Shown in pieces: positions 18,843 to 29,328 of a stretch of DNA of 64,000 nucleotides (position 1 is its first letter; every line of letters begins with the position of its first letter). The stretch comes from an uncultured virus (IMG/VR IMGVR_UViG_3300002835_000042). Lineage: Duplodnaviria; Heunggongvirae; Uroviricota; Caudoviricetes. The DNA lies in IMG/VR virus record IMGVR_UViG_3300002835_000042; one strand, given 5' to 3'. The position numbers were made by a program, and so were the translations under genes. A model generated the notes under the pieces. That model did not search any database and was not told where the DNA came from. It saw only the letters and a list, made by a program, of their open reading frames with translations.

Positions 18843-20474
18843 ATGGCAACAGTAGTAAAAGACTTTAAAGTAAAGAATGGTCTCATTGTCGAAGGCACAA
18901 CAGCAACAGTAAACAATTTTGACGTTCTTACTAAGAAATCAGACGATCAAACATACATCGTCAATTTAATTGGTGGAACAGCCACCTCAGCAAACGAAGC
19001 AGACAAGGTCGTAAAGCGTGATGCTAACGGCAACTTTGCTGCGGGTACAATTACAGCAAATCTAACTGGTGATGTAACTGGTAATGCAGATACAGCAACA
19101 ACACTTGAAACTTCTCGTACAATTGAACTTACTGGAGATGTAACTGGTCAAGTTAACTTCAATGGTTCACAAAATGTACAAATTTCTACAACCCTAAATG
19201 GATCTTTTGCAACAGATGCAGAAGTTGCTACCGCTAAGGGCGAAGCAATCGCAGATGCAGCAGCAGATGCTACTTCAAAGGCTAACGCAGCACAAACAGC
19301 AGCAGAACTTACAGCATCTAATGCTCTTTCAGCAGCAGTAACAACTCTTGAGGGACAGATTACGGATGCAGAAACAGATGCAAATACTTACACAGATAAT
19401 GCTATTACAGCATTAAATCTTTCTGGTACATACGATGCATTGGGTGCTGCAGCAGCAGCACAACTTGCAGCAGAAGGATATGCCGATACAGCAATTGCAA
19501 ATCTTGTAGATTCAGCACCAGCAACACTTGATACACTCAATGAGTTGGCAGCAGCACTTCAGGACAACCCAGATATTATTGGAGATCTTCAGACAATCGC
19601 AGCAGGTAAGCAAGATACTCTAACTGCAGGAGCAAACATTGACATTACAGGAGCAACAATTTCTGTAACTGGTCTTGATGCAGCAGATATCTCAGACTTC
19701 AACACAGCAGCCCTTGCAGCAACAGCAGCAGCATACGATATGTATGGTGCAGCAGCAGCAGCACAACTTGCAGCAGAAAACTACGCAGACGGCCTTGCAA
19801 TCAACTACGATGCAGCAGGTTCTGCTTCAACAGCACAGACTAATGCTGAGACATTTACAACAAATGCAATAAATGGTCTTGACACAGATGATATTGAAGA
19901 GGGAGGAGCAAACCTTTACCACACAGATGCTCGTGCAAAGGCTTCAGCAGCAAATCTTCTTCTCAATGCATCACTAACAAATATCGCAATTACAGGTGAC
20001 AGTACTACAGGTCTTATCATCACCGCAGAAAACGGTGTAGCAGATTCTGATACTGATGACCTTGTAGAAGGTACAACAAACCTTTACTTCACAGATGCTC
20101 GTGCAGTAACTGCTCTTGAAGCAGTAACTCCAGATTTCCCTGCAGTAGAGATTGCCTCAGTAGCAAAGCAAGTAGCAGCACAGGCAACTGTCGCAACTGC
20201 AAGCACAAGCACAGCAGTTCTATGGGCTAAGGCAGACTATCGTTCTGCTGAGTTCCTTGTTAAGATTGCCAATGGATCTCACACAGAGGTTTCAAAGGTT
20301 ATCCTAACACTTGACACATCAGACAATGTCGCTATTACAGAATACGCAATGGTTGGAACAAATGGTGATCTTGGATCCGTTTCAGCAGATGTTTCTGGCA
20401 ACGATGTTCGTCTTCGTGTCGCAACCCTCAACAATGACTCAACAGTCGCTGTTGTTGGAACACTTTTAAAGTAA
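18843..20474 (+). CDS. Ala-rich tail fibre protein
   Basis: APATLDTLNELAAAL, TDDL.EG..NLYFTDARA and YDA.GAA fibre motifs. Confidence 0.8.
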   Translation: MATVVKDFKVKNGLIVEGTTATVNNFDVLTKKSDDQTYIVNLIGGTATSANEADKVVKRDANGNFAAGTITANLTGDVTGNADTATTLETSRTIELTGDVTGQVNFNGSQNVQISTTLNGSFATDAEVATAKGEAIADAAADATSKANAAQTAAELTASNALSAAVTTLEGQITDAETDANTYTDNAITALNLSGTYDALGAAAAAQLAAEGYADTAIANLVDSAPATLDTLNELAAALQDNPDIIGDLQTIAAGKQDTLTAGANIDITGATISVTGLDAADISDFNTAALAATAAAYDMYGAAAAAQLAAENYADGLAINYDAAGSASTAQTNAETFTTNAINGLDTDDIEEGGANLYHTDARAKASAANLLLNASLTNIAITGDSTTGLIITAENGVADSDTDDLVEGTTNLYFTDARAVTALEAVTPDFPAVEIASVAKQVAAQATVATASTSTAVLWAKADYRSAEFLVKIANGSHTEVSKVILTLDTSDNVAITEYAMVGTNGDLGSVSADVSGNDVRLRVATLNNDSTVAVVGTLLK

Positions 20475-20507
20475 TAAAAAATAAATAGTTAGAAGAAGGA
20501 GTAGTAA

Positions 20508-20963
20508 ATGGCAACAGTCGATAAAGACTTCAAGGTCAAAAATGGATTAGTCGTAACTAACGGCGGTACATTCGGAGGTGCAGTAACAGTAGGAACTCCT
20601 ACTGTTGCATCACATGCAGCGACTAAGGCTTATGTAGACTCCCTAACAGGATCTATGGCTGTTGGCTCAACTGCTCCTTCTTCACCAACTAACGGAACAC
20701 AGTGGTTAGATACTCTAACGAATAGAGTTAACTTCTATTACAATGGTACATGGTATACCCAGGCAACTATTGATGATACAAACAATCTTCCACAGCACAT
20801 TCACGATACCGCAATTGATGGAACTGGTTTCATAGTATCCCAGTTCTATGAAGGTGGATCATTTAATAGCCCACTGGGCATAGGATTGGATGCAGGCGGA
20901 CCAGACACAACAGAATGGACTGTCGTATTCGATGGCGGTAGTGTAGTAGATAATTTCAATTAA
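20508..20963 (+). CDS. Short fibre/adaptor protein
   Basis: N-terminus MATV.KDFKVKNGL shared with 18843; AATKAYVD; APSSP..G..W.DT. Confidence 0.7.
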   Translation: MATVDKDFKVKNGLVVTNGGTFGGAVTVGTPTVASHAATKAYVDSLTGSMAVGSTAPSSPTNGTQWLDTLTNRVNFYYNGTWYTQATIDDTNNLPQHIHDTAIDGTGFIVSQFYEGGSFNSPLGIGLDAGGPDTTEWTVVFDGGSVVDNFN

Positions 20964-21018
20964 AAAATTGATGTTATAATAAGACTAGTTCATGGGCAGA
21001 CCCCATAAGGAGATATAA

Positions 21019-22587
21019 ATGGCAACAAGAATGCAACAGCGCAGAGGTACTGCAGCCCAATGGACGGCTGCCAATCCAGTATTAGCAGCAGGTGAAATCG
21101 GTTTTGAAACCGACACAAACAAATTTAAGATGGGTAACGGCTCTTCAGCCTGGTCAGCATTACAGTATTTTGCCAATGCAGCAGAACTAGCAGCAATTAT
21201 TGATGGTGCTCCAGATCTCCTAAATACCCTTAATGAACTAGCAGCATCACTTGGTGATGATCCAGCATTCATTACTACAATTACTACCAGTTTGTCTGAG
21301 CACTCAAATGACACAACTGGTGTTCATGGAATTAACAACACTGCTCATTTAGCCTTGTCAGCAGATGTTACAACTGAGATAGGCACAGCAATAACAACAC
21401 ATAATACAGATACAATGGGTGTACACGGAATTGCTGATACATCACTTCTTGCGACTACAGGAGATGTTAATACAGCAACTACTGGAGCAGCATCAGCACT
21501 ATCTGCTCACGCATCAGAGACAGAAAATGTCCACGGAATTGTTGATACAGCAAACCTATTAACAACTACACATAGTGATGCTACAACTAGCGTACACGGA
21601 ATTGCCGATACATCACTTCTTGCAACTACAGGAGATGTTAATACAGCAACAACAGCAGCAGCAAGTGCGCTATCTGCACACGAATCAGATACAACAGATG
21701 TACACGGAATTGTAGACACCTCTCTTCTAGCAACTACAGGAGATCTAACAGGACATAACTCAGAGACAGAAAATGTCCACGGAATTGTTGATACCACAGT
21801 CCTTGTTACACAGCAACAACTTACAGACGCAGTTTCAGGAGCAGAAGTAGATCAGGCAACACTTGCAGGTACAGGTCTTGCATGGGACGGAGTTGCAGAG
21901 CAGTTCACTGTTGATTCAACAATTGCAACTAAGACATATGCTGATGATGCAGTGTCAGCACATAACTCAGACACAACAAATGTACATGGAATTGTAGATA
22001 CATCTCTTTTGGCCACCACAGCAGATGTTGCAGCAGTTACAGCAGCATCATTAGGTCTTGGAAATGTCGACAATACTTCAGATGCTGATAAGCCAGTATC
22101 AACAGCAACAGTCACAGCAATCGCTACAGCAAAATCTGAAGCAATTGCAGAAGTAACAGCAGTTATTGATGGTGCACCAAACGCACTTAACACACTTAAC
22201 GAACTTGCTGCAGCCCTTGGTGATGATGCTAACTTTGCTTCAACAATTACAACATCACTTGCAGCAAAGGTAGACTCATATACACCAATTACACAAAAGT
22301 CAGCATCTTATACCCTATCAACATTAGACCACAGAGATGATCTAATCGAAATGGGATCATCTTCAGCACTTACATTAACAATTCCGCTAAACTCATCAAT
22401 TGCCTACCCAGTAGGAACATCATTCGATATTCTACAGACTGGAACAGGTCAGGTAACAATTGCTGGAGCAGCAGGAGTAACTGTAAATGCAACACCAGGT
22501 CTCAAGTTGAGAACTCAATGGTCATCTGCAACTCTTTTCAAGAGAGCAGAAAACACATGGGTTGTCTACGGCGACTTGACAGCGTAA
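21019..22587 (+). CDS. Tail fibre with Mtd/hyaluronidase-type N-terminal domain and 7 His-containing repeats
   Basis: RRGTAAQW...NPVLAAGEIGFETDT.KFK.G.G...W..L.Y; H......VHGI.DT repeats. Confidence 0.85.
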   Translation: MATRMQQRRGTAAQWTAANPVLAAGEIGFETDTNKFKMGNGSSAWSALQYFANAAELAAIIDGAPDLLNTLNELAASLGDDPAFITTITTSLSEHSNDTTGVHGINNTAHLALSADVTTEIGTAITTHNTDTMGVHGIADTSLLATTGDVNTATTGAASALSAHASETENVHGIVDTANLLTTTHSDATTSVHGIADTSLLATTGDVNTATTAAASALSAHESDTTDVHGIVDTSLLATTGDLTGHNSETENVHGIVDTTVLVTQQQLTDAVSGAEVDQATLAGTGLAWDGVAEQFTVDSTIATKTYADDAVSAHNSDTTNVHGIVDTSLLATTADVAAVTAASLGLGNVDNTSDADKPVSTATVTAIATAKSEAIAEVTAVIDGAPNALNTLNELAAALGDDANFASTITTSLAAKVDSYTPITQKSASYTLSTLDHRDDLIEMGSSSALTLTIPLNSSIAYPVGTSFDILQTGTGQVTIAGAAGVTVNATPGLKLRTQWSSATLFKRAENTWVVYGDLTA

Positions 22588-22619
22588 TACAAAATTCAAT
22601 AAGAAACTAGGAGATACAA

Positions 22620-23621
22620 ATGGCAGCAGGTAAGAAATCAGGTAGAAAGTCCCAAGCGTCAAATGACTTTTTGGAGCCATTAAAGCCAATTATTGGTACT
22701 GCAACAAACGTAGGAACAGGCCGTGCATTTAATAATGGCGCAGCAGTTGTTACATTTTCTTTACCCGCACTTTCTCCTGCTGCCACATCATTTACAGTAA
22801 CAGCAAGCACAGGTCAGACAGCAACTGGGTCATCTTCTCCGATAACTGTAACTGGTTTAACCTCCAGTTCAACGCCAACATTTACAGTAACAGCAAGTAA
22901 CGCAGCAGGAACTTCTGCTGCTTCTGATGCGTCTAATGCTCCAACAATAACAACTGTTCCAGCAACTCCATCTGCTCCAACTGCAACAACTGGAGTAGAT
23001 TTAGACACAGTATCTTGGACCGCACCAAACAATGGTGGTTCTGCAATTACTTCTTATACTTGGGCATCTACAGATGGAAAAGGTAACACACTTAATGCAA
23101 CTTCTACAACTGTAGTTCAAGAAGGAAGCACTTCACAAACTTATACTGTTTATGCAACAAATGCAAATGGAAACTCTGGAGTTTCTCCTGCATCTAATTC
23201 TGTTACCACTACCCCGCCATTTTTCCCTCCGTTCTTCCCACCATTCTTCCCATTCTTCCCACCATTTTTCCCTCCATTCTTCCCATTCTTCCCACCGTTT
23301 TTCCCACCATTCTTCCCATTCTTCCCACCGTTCTTCCCATTCTTCCCGTTCTTCCCATTCTTCCCACCATTCTTCCCATTCTTCCCATTCTTCCCACCAT
23401 TTTTCCCTCCATTCTTCCCATTCTTCCCACCGTTTTTCCCATTCTTCCCGTTCTTCCCATTCTTCCCACCATTCTTCCCATTCTTCCCATTCTTCCCACC
23501 GTTCTTCCCACCACAATTCGGTCCGTTCTTCCCACCAACATTTGCTACCAGTTGTAGTGGATGCGTTAGAAATTATTGCTGGCAAGCATGTCCATCATGC
23601 TGCACAAGTTGTGGGTGTTAA
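22620..23621 (+). CDS. Fibronectin-III-domain protein with a Pro/Phe polymer and C-terminal 8-Cys cap
   Basis: FN3 motifs (VSWTAPNNGGSAITSY; V.A.NA.G.S..S..SN); about 105 aa almost only P and F. Confidence 0.8.
   Translation: MAAGKKSGRKSQASNDFLEPLKPIIGTATNVGTGRAFNNGAAVVTFSLPALSPAATSFTVTASTGQTATGSSSPITVTGLTSSSTPTFTVTASNAAGTSAASDASNAPTITTVPATPSAPTATTGVDLDTVSWTAPNNGGSAITSYTWASTDGKGNTLNATSTTVVQEGSTSQTYTVYATNANGNSGVSPASNSVTTTPPFFPPFFPPFFPFFPPFFPPFFPFFPPFFPPFFPFFPPFFPFFPFFPFFPPFFPFFPFFPPFFPPFFPFFPPFFPFFPFFPFFPPFFPFFPFFPPFFPPQFGPFFPPTFATSCSGCVRNYCWQACPSCCTSCGC
23214..23537 (+). repeat. Coding low-complexity repeat of mixed PFF/PPFF units
   Basis: CCATTCTTC / CCACCATTCTTC units. Confidence 0.95.
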
Positions 23622-23658
23622 TAAATATGCTATACTATAATAAAAGGAGATCTAAACT

Positions 23659-24087
23659 ATGTACGCAATAATTGTTAAAGATACTGCAGATACTTACGAG
23701 GTACTTTCGATAGTTCAAACTGACGAAGAACTAAGAGTATCTCTTGAGTCTGAGTGGGACAAAGGTCTTCCTATAATTGGTATGAACATATCTGACCACA
23801 AAGCAACAGCAACTAAAGGTGCTACCTGGAATGGAACATCTTTTGATGGAACTGCAAATTCAGGGTTTTTTGCACTATCACAAGAAGAAAAAGATGCAAC
23901 TAGACAATATGCATTTTTATGTGATAATAAAATAATTTACAGAATGAGCACAGAAACTGGTACTGAAAAAGCATCACTTTATGATGCAGCATTTTCTGGT
24001 GAAGTTTTTCTTGTAAAGTGCTCTTTTGCAATTAGAGGATCGACAGTTTCATATAATAAAACAACTAGAGAAATATCCGTAATCTAA
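23659..24087 (+). CDS. Hypothetical protein
   Basis: ORF with AGGAG RBS and its own TGCTATACT promoter. Confidence 0.7.
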   Translation: MYAIIVKDTADTYEVLSIVQTDEELRVSLESEWDKGLPIIGMNISDHKATATKGATWNGTSFDGTANSGFFALSQEEKDATRQYAFLCDNKIIYRMSTETGTEKASLYDAAFSGEVFLVKCSFAIRGSTVSYNKTTREISVI

Positions 24088-24146
24088 TAAAATATTACTA
24101 GGATTTTTGTGATATACTATAGTCATAGCCAAAACAAAGGAACAAT

Positions 24147-24860
24147 ATGACAATTTATGATGAAAATGAAACGCCTTGGTTTACTAAAGATAGATCAGAG
24201 ACGTCCCTAAATAGATATCCATCAAAAACTATTGGAAACAATATCTTAGTTGAAAACCCCGCATTAGGAATTAATCTTTATAGGAATGTATTTTCAAAAG
24301 AAGATTCTGAAAGATATATTAAAATTCTTGAATCAAATTTAGGCGGTAATGGAAAATACAAATGGTCAGAGGCAAAAGTAACTAATTCAGATGTTCCAAT
24401 TAAAAAGGCTAGAGATGCTGTAGATTTTAGATTTAAACAAGAAAACCTGGGCCCAAGAGATGAACATAATGCTGAATTAATTGACTTGCATGAAGAGATA
24501 TATCAAAAATTAAAGTTTTGTGTTGATGATTATGCACGGTATTGGGGAATAAATGTAGTATACTACGAAGCATTTAACTTTGTTAAGTATGAAGGAGAAG
24601 GAACACACTTCAATATTCATGCAGACCATGGCCCTATGTATAACTGCACGGTCTCTGCTGTTATTTATATAAACGAAGACTATGAGGGTGGAGAAATCAG
24701 GTTCCCAAGAATGGATAATTACACTCATACTCCAAAAATAGGAGACATTGTTCTTTGCCCATCAAACTATATTTATGAGCATGCGTCTTTGCCGATGAAA
24801 GAAGGAACTAAATATTGTGTTGTCGTAATGACAGACATTAATGAACTAGGACACAAGTAG
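24147..24860 (+). CDS. 2OG-Fe(II) oxygenase, prolyl-4-hydroxylase-like
   Basis: HAD...YINEDYEGGE...YEH...GTKY. Confidence 0.9.
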   Translation: MTIYDENETPWFTKDRSETSLNRYPSKTIGNNILVENPALGINLYRNVFSKEDSERYIKILESNLGGNGKYKWSEAKVTNSDVPIKKARDAVDFRFKQENLGPRDEHNAELIDLHEEIYQKLKFCVDDYARYWGINVVYYEAFNFVKYEGEGTHFNIHADHGPMYNCTVSAVIYINEDYEGGEIRFPRMDNYTHTPKIGDIVLCPSNYIYEHASLPMKEGTKYCVVVMTDINELGHK

Positions 24861-25627
24861 TGTCTCTAATTGCAAAGTTTACATCCTTCAGGCCTTGGAT
24901 AAATAAAGAAGATATCTCTGTTCCTGTTCCTACACAAAAAGAAATCCCAGATTGGTACAAAGATGCAGACAGATTTGCAAAAATGCCAAGTGGAGAATAT
25001 TGGAAAGCACCAAAAGAGGTTTGTCCATTTCCAAAAGAAGGAACCACAGACGATTATGGGAAGATTCCAACATGGAAGGCATGTCCTGCCATTATGGATG
25101 CATTCGCAACGGGATATGTATTTAAAACTCCTTGCGATCTAGTCTTTGCTAAAAATTCTCAGGGGATAATTAATGTCACAATAGATGATCCCAAGTATAA
25201 AGACTTTTGCACTCAAAGACCACCAATGCCACAGTTTGAACACCCTAAAGGATTTTATCAGCATCATTTTGCTTGGAGTTCTCCGTGGGGTTTAGAGTTG
25301 CCAGAGGGATATAGTGCATTGTTTATGACCCCAATGAATAGATTTGATCTTCCATTTTTAAACACCACTGGTATTGTTGACTCAGATAAAGTTCATCTTC
25401 TTGGCAGTTTTCCATTTTTTATTGCGGAGGGATGGGAAGGAACAATCCCAGCAGGGACACCATACTTACAAATCCTTCCTTTTAAAAGAGAGAACTGGGA
25501 CCACAGTATAGAGATCTTAGACCAGTCTTCTATATATGGTAAAATGGTAGATAACGCAAAGTTCTATCGTCAGCCTGATGGTGGAATTTACATTAAAAAA
25601 GTTTGGTCACGCAGAGAGTATAAATAG
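24860..25627 (+). CDS. Oxygenase-cluster-associated protein (DUF6065-like)
   Basis: KACPA..D...GY; PW..LPEGYS; GIVDSD; IPAGTP..Q..PFKRE.W. Confidence 0.6.
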   Translation: MSLIAKFTSFRPWINKEDISVPVPTQKEIPDWYKDADRFAKMPSGEYWKAPKEVCPFPKEGTTDDYGKIPTWKACPAIMDAFATGYVFKTPCDLVFAKNSQGIINVTIDDPKYKDFCTQRPPMPQFEHPKGFYQHHFAWSSPWGLELPEGYSALFMTPMNRFDLPFLNTTGIVDSDKVHLLGSFPFFIAEGWEGTIPAGTPYLQILPFKRENWDHSIEILDQSSIYGKMVDNAKFYRQPDGGIYIKKVWSRREYK

Positions 25628-25636
25628 GAGATACAA

Positions 25637-26320
25637 ATGCAATCATGGACAGAAAAAGAAGACCTTGGTAACGGAATTATCTGTTATAGAGGAGTAATTA
25701 AAAAAGAGTTTGATGTAATAAATCGACTTGAAGAAACTTTAGGATCAGTCGCTGGATATGGAGAGTTATCTCCTGAAGGCAAAAGATATCACTGGATGCC
25801 AGCATATGTTGGATATCAGCAACTTATGCCTGATTATAGAGACTGTGTAGACTTTAAATTTAAGAAAACTGATATGGAACAAGACAAAAGTGAAGAGTCA
25901 ATAAAACTTCAAGAACTTTGGCAAGATGTATATGATGCACAGTTTGCAGCAGTTGAAGACTATCGTAAAGACTTTAATATTATGCCACTTAGATATTGGG
26001 AAGCATTCAACTTTATTAAGTATGGACCAGGTCAACACTTTATGGAGCATCACGATCATGGATACTCATATAACTGTACAGTGTCCTTGGTTGCATATGT
26101 TAACGATGATTATGAAGGTGGAGAGTTATTCTTTAGGTTACAAGGTTTAAACATTAAGCCAAAGGCTGGAGACCTTTATATATTTCCATCTAACTTTATG
26201 TATCCTCATCAGGCTATGCCAGTTCATTCTGGAACAAAGTATTCAATTGTAACTATGTTAGACTATAGCAGAAAATTTCACACTCCAGATATGTATGATC
26301 CAAAATGGGAAAATGAATAG
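25637..26320 (+). CDS. 2OG-Fe(II) oxygenase, prolyl-4-hydroxylase-like
   Basis: HHD...YVNDDYEGGE...YPH...GTKY; close paralog of 24147. Confidence 0.9.
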   Translation: MQSWTEKEDLGNGIICYRGVIKKEFDVINRLEETLGSVAGYGELSPEGKRYHWMPAYVGYQQLMPDYRDCVDFKFKKTDMEQDKSEESIKLQELWQDVYDAQFAAVEDYRKDFNIMPLRYWEAFNFIKYGPGQHFMEHHDHGYSYNCTVSLVAYVNDDYEGGELFFRLQGLNIKPKAGDLYIFPSNFMYPHQAMPVHSGTKYSIVTMLDYSRKFHTPDMYDPKWENE

Positions 26321-27036
26321 TGTTTAATATATCTGTAGAAAAAATGGCAGGCAAACCTTTTGTAATTTCTCCAATGTCTATTAAAAGAGATTGGATGGAT
26401 GCTACATCAGAGAACCATGCATATAGATGCTTTCCAGTAACACAAGCAAATGTTGTTGGGTGGAGCCTTTCCTGTTCAGAAGATATTGAGTTTATTTGGG
26501 ACGGAATAAATGATCAAACAGATAAACATATTCAGATATTTAGTCCAGAAGGTTCATATGCTGGAAGAGGACAGTCTTCAATTAGTTTAAATACTGGATT
26601 GGTTTTTAGAACTGACGAAGACGTAAGCATTCTTACTATCAATCCAGTTAATTATTTTAATGAAGATTTTGAAACAATGTCCAATTTAATTAGCACATCA
26701 TTCTACGATAATCCTCTGCCACTAGCCATTAAAGCAAAAAAGGCAAATGAGCGAGTAGTAATAAAAGCAGGTACTCCAATAGCAACCATAATTCCTATAT
26801 CTTTAACTAATTTAAATAATAGCACAATAAAAATTGTAGAGTACAGAGATGATAATGGTTTAAGACAAAATGCTAATATTGAATATGGAAACGCAGCACA
26901 AGTCATTAATTCTAGCGGGAAATGGACTGACTGGTATAGAGATGCTGTTAATGAAAAAGAAGAAAGCATAGGTCGTCATGAAGTAAAAACTTTAAAACTT
27001 TATGTAGAAGACGGCATAAGCGGTGATATAATATGA
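26320..27036 (+). CDS. DUF6065-like protein
   Basis: RDWMD......AYRCFP...AN..GW signature. Confidence 0.65.
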   Translation: MFNISVEKMAGKPFVISPMSIKRDWMDATSENHAYRCFPVTQANVVGWSLSCSEDIEFIWDGINDQTDKHIQIFSPEGSYAGRGQSSISLNTGLVFRTDEDVSILTINPVNYFNEDFETMSNLISTSFYDNPLPLAIKAKKANERVVIKAGTPIATIIPISLTNLNNSTIKIVEYRDDNGLRQNANIEYGNAAQVINSSGKWTDWYRDAVNEKEESIGRHEVKTLKLYVEDGISGDII

Positions 27037-27707
27037 GTATGGAAGAATATAAAGTAGTTCAAAGAAAGCCATCAATTACACCTTCTGGCTGGTTTGGCAA
27101 TAGTAAAGATATGATTGTAGAGTTAGAAAACTTTATGACAGAACAAGAAATAGAGTTTCTAGAAAAGGCTGCAAAGTCATTAACAATTTGGGATGTTACC
27201 GAAAGCCATGTTAATGAAAATGGAACTGTTGTATATGAAGCAAGTTATTGGAAAGACAGAGTTGCTACTAGTCCTACATTAGATAAAAACGATCCAGCAA
27301 TTGCTCCTGTTATTGCAGGGCTGTTTGAAAGACTAAAGCCAATCGTTGAGGACTTTTACAAAGTAAAGGTTATCCCTACTGGCACAACTATTGTTAGATG
27401 GCTTCCAGGGCAACTTCAAAGACCACATGCAGATAAAGAACTGCACGAAGGCCCAGACGCAGGACTTCCAAATGACTTTCCAAACTACGATCTTTCCAGT
27501 CTTTTTTATTTAAACGAAGACTATGAAGGTGGAGAGTTATACTTCCCACTGCAAGGGGTTCAGTTTAAACCAAAGAAAGGTGCAGCATATTTTTTCCCAG
27601 GGGATAAAAACTATATCCACGGAGTAACAGAAATTAAAAGTGGTATTAGATATACCTGTCCATTCTTCTGGGAGATTACAGAACACACTGGAGACAGGAA
27701 GCCGTGA
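27033..27707 (+). CDS. 2OG-Fe(II) oxygenase, prolyl-4-hydroxylase-like
   Basis: HAD...YLNEDYEGGE...HGV.....G.RY. Confidence 0.9.
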   Translation: MSMEEYKVVQRKPSITPSGWFGNSKDMIVELENFMTEQEIEFLEKAAKSLTIWDVTESHVNENGTVVYEASYWKDRVATSPTLDKNDPAIAPVIAGLFERLKPIVEDFYKVKVIPTGTTIVRWLPGQLQRPHADKELHEGPDAGLPNDFPNYDLSSLFYLNEDYEGGELYFPLQGVQFKPKKGAAYFFPGDKNYIHGVTEIKSGIRYTCPFFWEITEHTGDRKP

Positions 27708-28585
27708 TAGCAATGGTGTCAGAAACTCTTAATCCAATCGAAATATATCCAAAAATCTTTGTGTATAAAAATCTTTATAAAGACATTGACCTAGTATATA
27801 AGACTCTAAAAGAATCTGACGGAGTAGATGGACTTTTAAGTCCTTGGACAAAGTGGTCACACTTTGGTGAGTATATTTCTCCAACTTTTAAAAATTTTGA
27901 AAATATGTTGCCACCTGAAGAAATAGAAAAAATAGAAACAAAAACAGAAAAAGAAAAGACACACAAAGATATTCTTTTAGAAATGTTTGATAATTTTTAT
28001 AGAGTAACAAAAGACTATGCTTTAAAAAACAATGTTGATTTTGATAAAAATAAAATTGTTCCAAATATTAAAGATAAAAGCGGGAATTATGTAAAAGAGT
28101 GGCAAACTAGCGGTCCATCAATAGCAAGATATCATGAAAATGTTGAGGATGATATAGCAATGACATATCATACAGACTATATACGAGAGCCAATTATAAG
28201 CCCAGGACATAAATTTGCAATTACTGCTTTAACATATTTTAATGATGACTACGAAGGTGGAGAAATTGATTTCATAGCAAATGGAGAAGCATATATGTAT
28301 AAGCCAGAGGCTGGAGATATTGTTGTTTTTCCTTCTGGTCATCCAGAACTTTTGATGTCTGAAAATTCTATATATCTTCATGGAGTCATGCCTTCATATA
28401 AAAAATCAAAATACTTAGCAAGAATGTATTGGATGAAATATTCTTTGGGAAGTCCTGATTGGTTTGAAAATGAAGAAAAATATGGCAAAGAAAAATGGGA
28501 AGAAATGCAGCCAGGAATTTTGGAAAGTTTTAGAATTGCAAATCCAAATAAGTGGAGTGCCGAAAAAGAAAGAAGGATAAAATGA
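27704..28585 (+). CDS. 2OG-Fe(II) oxygenase
   Basis: HTD...YFNDDYEGGE...HGV...KY. Confidence 0.88.
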   Translation: MIAMVSETLNPIEIYPKIFVYKNLYKDIDLVYKTLKESDGVDGLLSPWTKWSHFGEYISPTFKNFENMLPPEEIEKIETKTEKEKTHKDILLEMFDNFYRVTKDYALKNNVDFDKNKIVPNIKDKSGNYVKEWQTSGPSIARYHENVEDDIAMTYHTDYIREPIISPGHKFAITALTYFNDDYEGGEIDFIANGEAYMYKPEAGDIVVFPSGHPELLMSENSIYLHGVMPSYKKSKYLARMYWMKYSLGSPDWFENEEKYGKEKWEEMQPGILESFRIANPNKWSAEKERRIK

Positions 28586-29328
28586 ATCTAGAAAACAAAA
28601 ATAGAATAACTAAAGATATAGTTGTTTATGAAAACTTTATTGATGCAGATACTGCTGCAAAACTTGTAAAGGTTTTAGATAAACATGCAGAACTTGGGTT
28701 GATTACTTGGATGCCCATATCTTTCTATGAGTCTTATTCTTCAGTACTGCCACAAGACAATGATGAGCATGTAGAAAATGAAGGATTGCCAAGCGATGTA
28801 TTTTCACAAATAAAGCAAGGAATTATAAATGCTGTTGCAAGTGTTCACGATCTTGATCCAAAAATAATTTCTCAAATTGGATACCACACACAAAAGTGGG
28901 AGCCAGGAGCATACGCAAGAAAGCATTCTGACAACACCGATGAGCATGGCCACTCTGGTGCTTTTACAAGAAGCAGGTATGCGGCATTTTTATATTTGAA
29001 CGATGATTTTGAAGGTGGAATGTTGCAGTTCCCAGATCAAGACATAAGTCTACAGCCCAAAGTTGGAATGCTTGCTGCATTTGACGGGGGATTTAATAAT
29101 ATGCACGAAGTAACGTTAATAACAAAAGGAGTTAGATATACCATTGGCTCATTCTGGGATGATCGTGAAGAAGATGCATACCCACAAGAATTAAGGGATG
29201 CTTGGGCAGCAGAAATGAAAGAGACTAGAGCCAAGCAAGAAATTGAAAGAGCAGAATGGCAAGAACTATTAAAACAAGGGTGGAAACTTGATGCTGATGG
29301 AAATAAATATAAGGCTGAGGAATTATAA
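28582..29328 (+). CDS. 2OG-Fe(II) oxygenase
   Basis: HSD...YLNDDFEGG...HEV...GVRY. Confidence 0.9.
   Translation: MNLENKNRITKDIVVYENFIDADTAAKLVKVLDKHAELGLITWMPISFYESYSSVLPQDNDEHVENEGLPSDVFSQIKQGIINAVASVHDLDPKIISQIGYHTQKWEPGAYARKHSDNTDEHGHSGAFTRSRYAAFLYLNDDFEGGMLQFPDQDISLQPKVGMLAAFDGGFNNMHEVTLITKGVRYTIGSFWDDREEDAYPQELRDAWAAEMKETRAKQEIERAEWQELLKQGWKLDADGNKYKAEEL

Noticed and set aside
23133..23640. Alternative-frame ORFs (WEEWEE, SSHSSH, GRMGRM) over the PFF repeat
   Set aside because: Stop-free shadows of the repeat; only the P/F frame joins the FN3 domains to the conserved Cys cap
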